From the human T2T-CHM13v2.0 reference genome, Homo sapiens, in the NCBI RefSeq assembly GCF_009914755.1, contig NC_060931.1: 64,000 bases of DNA. The stretch is one strand, 5' to 3'. Below are positions 1 to 50,704 of this stretch, one piece after another. Position numbers and translations under genes: made by a program. How positions within the stretch are numbered: the stretch's first letter is position 1; every line of letters begins with the position of its first letter. The notes under the pieces were generated by a model. The model had not been told where the DNA came from. It saw only the letters and a program-made list of their open reading frames with translations, and did not search any database.

Positions 1-126
1 AAAGTGCACAATGAATGTAATGTGCTTGAACCATCCCAAACCCGTCCCCCTCGACCCTCCTGGTCCATGGAACAATTGTCTTCCATGAAACCAGTCCTTG
101 GTGCCAAAAAGTTTGGGGACTGCTGG
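1..126. mobile_element. MER1-family (hAT-Charlie) DNA transposon end
   Basis: TGGTCCATGGAACAATTGTCTTCCATGAAACCAGTCCTTGGTGCCAAAAAGTTTGGGGAC is typical of the MER1 terminus. Confidence 0.7.
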
Positions 127-274
127 TCTGGACAACCTGGGCTTCACAATTTTTAATTTGTTTGTAGGCTGTTACTGTAACAGGCCGAGAGGTGCTTGTA
201 AACTTCAGAGGTTGTTTACCAGAGAGCCAAAGAAGGTGTTTAGAAATGTGTGTGACATGCTATAACCCAGCTCC

Positions 275-792
<518 letters not shown>

Positions 793-799
793 TAGAAAA

Positions 800-1420
800 A
801 GGGGATGCAAGTGCAGGTTTGTTACAAAGGTATATGATGTGATGCTGAGTTTTGGGGTATGAATGAATATGTCACCAAGGTAGTGAGCATAGTATCCAGT
901 AGATCATTTTTTCAGCCCTTGCCCTGCTCCTTCTCTTCTACCTCTAATAGTCCCTGTGTCTATTGTTTTTATTTTTATGTCCATGTGCACCCAATATTTA
1001 GCTCCCACTTATAAGTGAGAATAAGCGTTATTTGGTTTTTTGTTTCTGCGTTAGTTAGCTCAGACTAGTGGTTTCCAGCTGTATCCCCGTTGCTGCAATG
1101 GACATGATTTTGTTCTTTTTTATGGCTGTGTAGTAATCCATGGTGTATGTATACTGTATTTTTCACCATAGATGGGCATCTAGGTTGATTCCATGTCTTT
1201 TCTATTGTGAATACTGTTGTGCCATGGGTGCAGGTGTCCTTTTGGTAGAACAATTTATTTTTTGGGGGGATAGTTACCCAGTAGTGGGGTTGCTGGGTTG
1301 GTTGGTACTTCGACTCATAGTTCTTTGAGAAATATCCGAACTGCTCTTCGTAATGGCTGAACAATTTACATTCTGACCAACAGTGAATGAGTGTTCCCTT
1401 TTCTCCACAGCCTTGCTGCC
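800..1420 (-). mobile_element. L1 3' end fragment (L1PB/L1MA-like)
   Basis: GCAGGTTTGTTAC, TTTAGCTCCCACTTATAAGTGAGA and GATGGGCATCTAGGTTGATTCCATGTC. The minus ORF resembles the L1 ORF2 C-terminus (KDTCT..WNQPRCPS). Confidence 0.85.
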
Positions 1421-1424
1421 ATCT

Positions 1425-2796
<1,372 letters not shown>

Positions 2797-2830
2797 CTAT
2801 TAATGACCTTAGCTTTATAGATGTACTTAG

Positions 2831-4165
<1,335 letters not shown>

Positions 4166-4189
4166 TACTTTGCTGATTTTTTTTTTCTT

Positions 4190-5085
4190 TTTTGTAGCTG
4201 TCCTTTAATAGGTTGAGGAAGTTCCTTCTATTTACTAGTTTTCGGAGAGCTTTTATCAGTAATGGACGTCAGATTTTGTCAAATGCTTTTCCTGCATCTA
4301 TGGAAATGATCATGTGGTTTCTCATCTTTAGACTGTTGACATAAGAAATTACATTGATTCATTTTCAAATGTTTAACCAGCTTTGTATCCCTGGGATTAA
4401 CCCCACTTGGTCATGATGCATTATTTTTATGTATTGCTATGTTTTATTTCATAATATTTCCTTGAGGATTTTTGTGTCTATATTCATTAGGGCTATCGGT
4501 CTAGTTTTCTTGTAATGTATTTGTCTTGGTTTGGTATCAGAATAATGCTGGGCTCATAAACAAAGTTGGGAAGTGTTCCATTTTCTGAAAGAGTTTGTGT
4601 ACAGTTGGTATGATTTCTTCCTTAAGTGTTTGCTGGAATTCAATAGTAAAGCAATTCAGTCATATTAGCAAGCTTAGATCTTTCTATAGGAAAGACCGTG
4701 GTATGATTTTTTTTATTATACTTTAAATTCTAGGATACATGTGCACAACATGAAGGTTTGTTACATAGGTATACATGTGCCATGCTGGTTTGCTGCACCC
4801 ATCAACTCGTCATTTACATTAGGTATTTCTCCTAATGCCATCCCTCCCCCAGCCCGCCAGCCCCCAACAAAGTCCAGTGTGCGATGTTCCTGCCCTGTGA
4901 CCAAGTGTTCTCATTGTTCAATTCCCACCTATGAGTGGGAACATGCAGTGTTTGGCTTTCTGTCCTTGCGATAGTTTGCTAAGAATGATGGTTTCCAGCT
5001 TCATCCATGTCCCTGCAAAGGACATGAACTCATCCTTTTTTATGGCTGCATAGTATTCCATGGTATATATGTGCCACATTTTCTT
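4190..5085 (-). mobile_element. L1 fragments: old L1M ORF2 piece (4190-4700) and L1PA 3' end (4706-5085)
   Basis: TTATTATACTTTAAATTCTAGGATACATGTGCACAAC is the canonical antisense L1PA 3' end. Confidence 0.85.
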
Positions 5086-5089
5086 GTCT

Positions 5090-6240
<1,151 letters not shown>

Positions 6241-7101
6241 TCAGCAAATCCATCTTTTGGTTTCATTGTTTTGTCCCAAAGCTTCAATCAGGCTCTTGGT
6301 GACTGTTTACTGTCTGGTGTAAGGAGCAGGCCAGTGGCACCCTTGGTATTTATAGGAGGGCGATAGTTGCCTCCAGATCCACTGAATGTGGCAGGCTAGT
6401 GTTCACAGAACTTTCAGATGCACCAGACTCTAGGAAGAAGACAAGAGGAGACAGAAGAAATTAAATTAATCAGAGAAAGGCAAGATCCCATTTCCCTGAT
6501 TTGATATGACTTCGCTGAACCTCCAGAAAAATCCTCAAGCTGACCTGGGCTTCCGTTTACGCAATCCTCGGAAAACAATGACCATATGAGAAATGTTTGC
6601 ACAAGCTTTGAGTTGTTTTTAAAACCCCATAAATCCATAAATGTTGACATTTATTACTCTTAATGTGAGCATTCTTTCTAAGAGGATATGTTCCATATTT
6701 AAATTTATGAGGTTATTTTTCCTCCTTAGAATCAGAAACGATAGCATATTGCAAACAGAAACTGGCAGGCTCTTGCTCTCTCCCTCTCTTCCTTCTCTTC
6801 TCAAGCTTGGGTGTTTGCATTCAATCATAAAGGGTGTGATGAATTCTTCAAAACTGCATTAAAGCAGCGGCCATAAATGAAACTGCCAAAAAGAACGTGA
6901 AAAATAGTACTGGCTGCTTTCTGAAATGTCCCTGTGTGACCTTAGGTTTCTGGAGATTTTGTGCAAGTGTGAATTAAGCATTTGATTTTATCTTAGGAAT
7001 AATGATGCTCGCATGAAACAGGCAAGGAAGGACAGAAAGAGAAGGAAAGAGAGAAACTGATTGAAGAAAAATAAACTTCACATGGAACAAACTTCACATG
7101 A

Positions 7102-7422
<321 letters not shown>

Positions 7423-8012
7423 TGAAAAAATTTATTGAAAAACATTTTGCCTATGATTCCAGTATCATAAACATACTATAGGACTCCAAAACCCAATAAA
7501 ATTATACTGTGATCCTGAAAGTATCTTAAGAGGCATTTAATATACAATGTCCATGAATATCAGGTTGAACAGTGTGTTTTTAAAATATACATTTGTAAAT
7601 GCTGTTTGTATATTACATATATTAACCCTTTGTCTGTCATTCAGATTGCAAACAATTCTGCCACTACTTTGTATTGTTTTGATAACTTTCCCCCACAAAA
7701 TGTTACTTTTTAATGTAGTAGGATATGTGTAATTTTATTTTTACAGCTTTCAGCTTTCTTGTTTTGATTAAAATAGTCTCCTCAGCTCCCAAATTATACA
7801 TATAGTCTCCTAAATTTTCCTTTGGAATTTTTAGGTGGTTTTTAAATTTTATTTATTTTTATTTTTTGAGACACAGTCTCACTCTGTCGCCCACCTGGGC
7901 TGGAGTGCAGTGGCGAGATCTCTTTGTGTGGCACACAAGGCCCCACCAGGGGTCTGATCCTGCTTGATGGGATCTTGATTTGCATAAACCATACCCCTGC
8001 TGGGATCCCAGC

Positions 8013-8440
8013 TGTGGTAGATTGTGTTATTGTTGAAAATATTTGCTTTCTCTCCCTTGGGTAGATCATACCTCCCTGTCTCGCTGATATCACGCTTGAT
8101 GTCTGACTGGCAGTGCCTCTCTCTGATAGTATTTTATATCCAGGGCGACCTTGTGACTTGCTTTGGCCAATAAAATTTGGGTGGAAGGGACGCACATCGT
8201 CTCTGGAAAGAAGCTTCAAGAGCCAGCTGGTGGTTTTGCCATCTGTCACCCTCTACCACCATGAGACTGGCAATGTCCCAGACGGGGGTGGTTTGGCCAG
8301 CCCAGGTCCCAGAGTGAACATGGCATGGATGAGAGCACAGACATTGAAATGGGCAAGCGGCATGAGCAAGAAATACACCTTTGCTGTTGTAAGCCATATA
8401 GCCTTTAGGACTGTTTGTTACTGCAGCATAACCTGACACT
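8013..8440. mobile_element. MLT1-type MaLR LTR
   Basis: TGTGGTAGATTG start, TGACTTGCTTTGGCCAATAAAAT, and TTGTTACTGCAGCATAACCT end. Confidence 0.7.
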
Positions 8441-8485
8441 TTCTGACTGCTACACCAAACTCGCTGGCTTTGAGAGACTTTACCC

Positions 8486-10357
<1,872 letters not shown>

Positions 10358-11399
10358 TCCAGGACTGGAAAAGGTCACTTCCTGATTGCACATGACTTCC
10401 TGGAGGAGGTGAGGAAGGTGTAGAACTGTAAAGGAAAGGTGGGATTTTCACAGGTGAGAGAAAGCGGAGGAGCAGGAGGGCACTGCAGGTGTAGGAATGG
10501 CTCAGGCAAGGGCCTGGAGTGGAGCAGAGGCTGAGGTTGGGGGTCTGGTGGCTGGAGCAGAAGGGGGTGTGGGTATTAGAGAGGTGATGGACAGAAGGGG
10601 TGGTGGATGGGGGTAGATCTGGGATCCATCTCCCCAGGAGCCTGGTGATCTTTACTTACAACAGGAATCCATTTTCCATTTACGTCTGTGTCTCCAGAAC
10701 AGTGATGGGAATTTTATGGTGTTTGATACTTAAAAAAAAAAAAAAAAAAGACTGGAAACCCCCGAAACCTCCAGCTTGGTTTGCAGCGTCTTGGCTGGCT
10801 GTGGTGCTTGACCATGTGGCTCAGCAGTTTCCACAGAGACTGCTCTGAAAAACAACAACAAAACTTTTTGCAAACGAGTATCTTCATGCTGGGCAACTTG
10901 ATCAAATGTATTAAGAAATTGAAGTGGAAGACCCCAAGAGTAGCCCTGCTCCCTGTTGGCCCCTCCCCTGAGTTACCCCCAGTGGTGTCATTGTCGGGCT
11001 CTGAGCTCCACCTCATTTGGACTCTTTAGCTTTTCATTTCTTTGCTCACTTCCTCAACTTGACCACACACACTGAGGCCAGGGCTATACAATGTGTCCCC
11101 TGGATTTTGGTGCAGCCATTTGCACAACCGATGCGCAGGCAGTGTCACTTGGTGGGTATGCACAGCGCCTCTTATTTAGGGTCCCTTCAGTGACTCTCGA
11201 TAAGGACAAGGTCCCCCAGGAGACATGAGAGGCACAGCCCCTCACGAAGATCTCCCAGCGGGCCTGGCCTCAGAGAGTTCGCTGGCTGCCTTTGCAATCC
11301 TGTCCCTTGGGCCTGCTGGGAAGAGGAAGAGCTGCAGTTTCTCTCCGCAAAGCTTCTTCCCTTAGGGATGGTCAGACCTATTTAGATCTATTTTTCTTT

Positions 11400-13070
<1,671 letters not shown>

Positions 13071-13139
13071 GACTAGTATTTTTGAGTGTTTCCTTTGGTC
13101 ATCCATGTTTCCTTTTCTGGGACCTAGCCCCAACTCTTC

Positions 13140-13717
13140 AGATAATAAAATGACTTCAGATGGAATTCTGTGTTAATTACTCCCACGGTTTTTTCTGGCC
13201 TATGGGGTCCTGCGGGGGACAGGATGGAGCAGGGGCAGACTGAGGGACAGAAGGGGCTTGAAGGAGAGCGAGGTGCCACTGTCTCCCCAGCAGGAGGAAT
13301 TGAAACTCAGGAGAGGCTGCAGGAGTAGGACCAGACTCCAGAGTCCAAGCCCTCGGTCAAGGGTACCCTCCACGGGTGTCGGGGAGGAAGGGCAGCTTCC
13401 AGGCAGTTCCATGTGGGCCAGGCAGGCTGTGGGGCTGAGCCAATAGCAGCTCTTCCTGCCTGACACTTCCTGGACTTGTCCTATCTTTTTCCCCCGTGTC
13501 CCGCTTCCCACAGCGCTGACGTCTGTCTGTCCGGGTGCAGGGAGAAGGGAGGAAGAGGGGAGAGGTGGGGCGGTGCAAAGGTGAGGCTGTGCTCAGCCCT
13601 GACGCTCAGCAAAACCGATAACCAGCACTTTCATTACGTGCACGCCCCAGGGCCACGTCCCTGCCGCTGTCTTGGTCCTGAAGCCTGTTCTGCCCCAGCC
13701 CCCTGCCCGCTGGGCCC
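13140..13717 (+). promoter_or_regulatory. MUC3A TATA-less proximal promoter: GATA/CDX-like AGATAATAAAA (~13140), CRE-like TGACGT (~13517), GC box plus HNF4 DR1-like GGTGCAAAGGTGA (13572-13584), GATAA (~13618), HRE core TACGTG (13635-13640)
   Basis: Motifs read directly and mostly conserved in the MUC3B paralogous promoter. Function is inferred. Confidence 0.6.
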
Positions 13718-38323
<24,606 letters not shown>

Positions 38324-39483
38324 GCCCTGCGGGGCCCCTTCACCACCCCCTCCGCCCTGCCCCGGACACAAGGGTCTGCATTGCGTCCATTTCAAGAGGT
38401 GGCCCCAGGACGCGGGCAGCCCAGGCTCCTGCTGTTCTTGGGCAAGATGAGACTGTTCCCCCAAATCCCATCCTTCTCCTTCCAACTTGGCTGAAACCCA
38501 CCTGGAGACGCAGTTCACGTCCAGGCTCTTCCACTGTGGAATCTTGGGCAAGTCAGTAACGAGCCTCAGTTTCCTCACCTGCAAAACGGGTACAGCATTC
38601 CTGTATGATAGCTCACGCCGTTGTTGTGAAAACCACATAGACTTGGTCAATTCTCGGTCCTACTCTGCCCTCCCGTCTCAGCCCTCGTGTTGCCATTGCC
38701 TCTCTCGGATCCTCCAATCCTCACGTCCTTCACCTGGTCTCTGGCCCTGGTTCTTATTTTCTCTCAATTCCCTACTGCCTGTTTCTTACTTTGAACCTGG
38801 AGGCAGCCTGCAGCCCCATCCCATCTCCTGCCCTCTCCTGATCTAACTCCCTGCTGCATCTCTTGCTCTCATTCCTTAGACGTCCTCCCCTTTTGACCCC
38901 GTTCCTTCATCCATCCTGCACCCCAGTCCCCCAGCCCTAAATCCTCCCTCCTCTCCTCACATCCTGGTCCCTAGCAAGGTATAGATAGCCTCTGTGTCTT
39001 AGGATACCCAGGTGCTGTTCTCCCCGTCACCCCGTTGCCCAGTTCCCCGTTTCTCTTGCTCTCATTCCTTGTATCTTCTCCCTTCTGAGCCCGTCCATTC
39101 ATCGGTTCTGCCCCCGACTCCCCCTGACCTAAATACCCCAGCTGCTGTTCCCCCCATCACCCTGCTGCCCAATTCTTTATTCTCCACCCCTTTCTCTCAC
39201 CCCTGGAGCCCTGCGGGTGGGGGCAGGGCATGAGTTCCCCAGTCCCCAAGGAAAGGCAGCCCCCTCAGTCTCCCTCCTCCTCATTTCCTTCGATCCCCCT
39301 CCCTTCTTGCCTCCCCTCTGCCTTTTAAACCCATCCCCTCCGATTCCCCTCCTCCCCCTTCTCTTCCTGGTGTCACCTGGATTCCTGCAGTAACTCTGAG
39401 CCCTTGAAATCCTCAGTCGCCTTGGCGGGGAAGATTGGCTTTGGGGACAGGAAGTCGGCACATCTCCAGGTCTTCATGTGCAC

Positions 39484-39489
39484 AATACA
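39484..39489 (+). terminator. Probable non-canonical polyadenylation signal AATACA for MUC3A (3' UTR ~1.2 kb)
   Basis: No AATAAA was seen on + after the stop. AATACA is a known variant hexamer, and a U/GU-rich stretch (ctctctgtctgtctcctttt) follows ~25 nt later. Confidence 0.5.
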
Positions 39490-40783
39490 GAGTTTATTGT
39501 AAAAAGCAGCAGCTCTCTGTCTGTCTCCTTTTCACCCCCTCAGTGGTCTCTGTTTGATCAGAGAACAGGGATTTCCAGAGGTGGCACTGTAGGAGGATCC
39601 TGGGAGCACCTGTGTCTCCTGGGGACAAAGGAGGGGGTCTGTGGGCAGCCCTTGGGGGCCATGAGGTTCCTCACAGAAAACACAGAGGTTGGGGGGACCC
39701 ATTTTATTGGGGAGTGACTCTGGGCAGGGGCCCCTTGGGCTTTGTCATCTGTGCTCTCCCCACCCCCACCACTGCCCTGACCTTGATACTGGGGGCTTAG
39801 GGAGCAATTAGACCCCTGGTGTTGGTTCAGGGAGTTGGGTGGTCCAGGGGCTAGGGCTGCCTGGTCCAGCCACCTTTTGCAAGGATGGGTAAAGCTGAGC
39901 CTCCCCAAAGATCTTGATCCCCCACAAGGCCCCCAAACCCTGATAGCAAACTCACACAGCAGAGCCTGTCTATGCTGGCACCGGGCCCTTCTGTTCCTGC
40001 TGTTGTGGGCAGTCAGGCCTGCCTGAGGAGTCGAGAGTGATCAGAAATAACGTGTCCCCTTGGGTCTTTGGGTGCTGGCTTGGCAGAGGCCCCTTTGATG
40101 CTTTCTCTGGGCAGGGATGGGCCATGGCCTTTTGTCACCTCTGTGTCTGGCCAGGGGTGGGGACAAGGACCATAAAGTCTCAGGTGTGAGTGGGCCCTCT
40201 GCCCAGGAGAAGGGCTGGAAACTGGGGACCCCAGGGAAAGCCCTGGACATTTGGCAAGGACCATGTTGAGGCAGGGGATGGGGAAGGTTGGCTGGAAGAG
40301 AGAGGGGCTTCTCGGGGGTGGGAGTGGAGGGTCCTTCACTTGGTCTGGCCTGTTGCCAGCTGCCCCTTCCACGGTTCTGAACTTCTTCCGTGGTCACCCG
40401 CTTCCTGGTGCTTCTTGGCCCCCACCTCTTGTCACCAGTGGTGTGCTCACACCTCTAGCCTCCCTCCCTCCCTCCTGCGCTGCCCCACCCAAAGTGCCTC
40501 TGACTTCCGCTGACAGAGAGGGACCCCGGCTCAGGGCAGTGACTACTCCAGGACTTATAAGGAAGAAGGGTGGACAGGCTGCCCTTCGTTTAACTCCCCG
40601 TGGTCACCACGCGCTACCTGCTCAATGCCATCACCTCACCTCTACCCTGGGACAGGCACTGCTCTTCTTCAAGGCAAAGTTCTCTGGGGTCCTTTTTATA
40701 GCTGATCCCTTCCTGGGAGGCCTTCATTTCTTGGTCCCTCCTGATGAGAGAAGATGGGCAGCCAGGGGCCCGTTCCCCGGGAG

Positions 40784-40853
40784 ATGCTGGTGATCTGGAT
40801 TCTGACGCTGGCTCTCCGGCTCTGTGCGTCCATTACTGCTACACTGACACCGG
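40784..40853 (+). pseudogene. Orphan MUC12-like exon 1 (signal peptide MLVIWILTLALRLCASITATLTP(G))
   Basis: Close to the recalled MUC12 N-terminus MLVIWILTLALRLCASVTTVTP. Perfect CGG|GTGAGT donor. No MUC12 mucin exon follows before MUC3B. Confidence 0.8.
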
Positions 40854-41364
40854 GTGAGTGCTCCTGGGCTGATGCTCCGGGTCCAGTGCTCCCAGGTGGT
40901 CATAGTACACGCCCCTGCCTCAGGCAGCAGGGCTGCAGGTGGCCTCCCCTTTGCATGGCAAGGGGCTGCCACAGGGCTGGAGACCCATGCTCTGACCTCA
41001 TCTTGCCTTGAGGGTGCCGAAGGGGTCACTGTGGAGACCTGTGGGTGCCTGCGGTTGTGCAGGGGATGGTCTGCATACAGCCCCTGGCCGAGGGGCGGCT
41101 GAAATCCACAGCTTCTGCTCTCCAGGCTCCCCCTGGGATGACAAGGGGGCTTTTGTCACATAGACAGTGGTCTCTGCCTGCCCTCATCCTGGGGGCTTTA
41201 TCTGCTGGAGGGATGGGTCTTTCCAAACCTCACGGAGGCACTGCACATGCTGCCAGCCCTGGTCGGAGAGAGGGAGTCCAGAGGGGTGTGTGACAGTATC
41301 GTCTCTTGACTTGGGGGAGCCTCAGGTGCACCTGGGGAATCCCCACCAGTTAAATGGCTGACGG

Positions 41365-48517
<7,153 letters not shown>

Positions 48518-48578
48518 ATGCAGCTGTTGGGGCTCCTCAGCATCCTCTGGATGCTCAAGTCCTCCCCAGGGGCCACAG
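48518..48578 (+). CDS. MUC3B: MUC3B exon 1: signal peptide MQLLGLLSILWMLKSSPGAT(G)
   Basis: Paralogue of 13718..13778 (offset 34,800), CAG|GTAAGA donor, matches the recalled MUC3B N-terminus. Confidence 0.9.
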
Positions 48579-49849
48579 GTAAGAGGGAGAGGCGGGAGGG
48601 GGCTGGAGAGAAGCTCCTGATGTGATGTTCCAGGGGAGGGGAGGGGAAGGTGGCTCTGAGGCCTGGGGCCAGGGGATGAGGAGGGGCTGCTCCCAGCTTT
48701 GGGTGCAGGGAGAATGGAGAAATGGCCTCGGGGGGATGAGGAGGGGTTTGGTGCGGGAAAACTGAGGTTGGGAAGGAGCAAGGGAGCTGGGTCCCCACTG
48801 CCACTCTCCACCAAGCACTGAGCAGGTTGCAGGGGCTGCACCCCAACGTGTATCTGCAGCTGGAGGGTGGAGGGTGGGAATTACATCTTCCCAGAGCAGT
48901 GCCCTTCCTGCCTTGGCTCCTTCTTGTCACCTGCCTCATGCTCCCAGCCCCAGTGTCCCCTCCAAACTGGCCTCTCCCTCCCTGACAGCCCTCTGACCTC
49001 TGCCCCTGGTTTCCGTCATCTGGTTTCAGTCTCTCTGACTTTTGTCCCCCAGCTACTCCTCCCCAGCTCTGCCTGTCACTCTCTCACCCCGGCCAGGGCC
49101 CATGTGTCTGGGCACAGCTGTTGGTACCAGGGCCGGGGCAGGGAGCTCCTGAAGTCCACTTCGCTTCCAGGGGTGCATCTGAGACTACCCGGCATGGGGT
49201 CCAGGCTTCTCTCTTCCACCCTGCAGGAACACCCCACAATTCCTCTATACTTCCCTTGTCCCTGTTCTCCAGTGTCTGCTTCTGATCCCCGATCCCAGAG
49301 GCCCATGAGTCCCCTTCTCAGTCACCTCCAGGGGCACATCCTGGAGTCAAGTGGGGATTCTCATAATCCCTGACCCCACTTCCCTGACACCCGCGAGCTA
49401 GGCTGAGACGTGACACCCCAGCTCTCAGCCACAAGATGGGCTGTGCCTGAGGTGAGGGGCAGCAGGTCCGGTATCTTCCACTTCCCGTCTAGTGTGAGTG
49501 CCCGTCTTCCTTGCCTGTGACCCCCCCGACAGCTGGATCTCTGATCCTAAGTCTCACCATCTGTGAAATGGGTTGAAATCCACATGCGGGGGTTCATGCT
49601 TGTAAACTAATGAATCCCGTGGCCAAAAGGGAATAGTATAGAAAGATATGTGTATTTGTGTGATGAACACTCACTGCTAAGCCTTAAGGTCTCCAGAACT
49701 CATCATGCCTGACTGCTGAGGTAGCTCCTTCTGGAAGTTTCCTTCTCGATCCTGTCTCTCTGCCTCTCCGCGTGGTCCTCACACCATGCCCCTTGAAGTC
49801 ATTAGCGTGTGAGCTTAGCCTCTGTTTCTCCTTGGTGTTCCCTGTGCAG

Positions 49850-50158
49850 TTTTGTTTGTTTGTTTGTTTTTTGTTGTTTGTTTGTTTTGAGATGGAGTCT
49901 TGCTCTGTCGCCCAGGCTGGAGTGCAGTGGTGCAACCTTGGCTCCCTGTAGCCTCTGCCTCCTGGGTTCAAGCGATTCTCCTGCCTCAGCTACAAGCGCA
50001 CGCCACCATGCCTGGTTAATTTTTTGTACCTTTTTTTTAGTAGAGCAGGAGGTTTCACCATGTTGGCCAGACTGGTCTCGAACTCCTGACCTCAAGTGAT
50101 CACCTGCTTTGGGCTCCCAAAATGCTGGGATTACAGGCGAGAGCCGCCGTGCCTGGCC
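49850..50158 (-). mobile_element. AluS in MUC3B intron 1
   Basis: Paralogue of 15093-15388. Confidence 0.9.
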
Positions 50159-50704
50159 CTCTTTGTGCAGCTTTCTCTGACTCCTGGTTTTTGTGATGCG
50201 CCCCCTGCCAGGACATGGCTGGGTTCTCTCTTTTTGTCTTTGAAAGTGGGAGTCAGCCCAGACAGCAGCAGAATTCGGGCAGAAGCAGAGGTGGGAGCAG
50301 AAGGTTAATGGGGGTGGGGAGGGGAGGACTCCAGGCAGCAGCAGGGGGAGGAGAGGAAGGGACAGAGGGAGGAGGGGACTGGGTGTGGCCAGAGGAGGGA
50401 AGGGAGGGGAAGGGGCTGCTGAGCTCGGCTATCCAAGGACAGGGGGACCCGCCATGACAAGGCCAAGGCTGGCTGAGGGATGAGGGCTCCCATGCCCCAC
50501 TGCTCCCCTGGGAGCAGACAGACAGTGGGTTCCAGTACCCTAAAGCGCCCAGCTCCAAGCTGCCTCTGATGCAGGAGTCAGCTGCAGCATGCCCTGCCCT
50601 GTGATGCTGCCTGGAAAATGGGTGAGTGAGTAGCTTAATTGAGTCTTGTGACAAAATGACCCACGGATTTACCAGTGGATTCCTCTGCTCTGCCGCCAAT
50701 GCAG

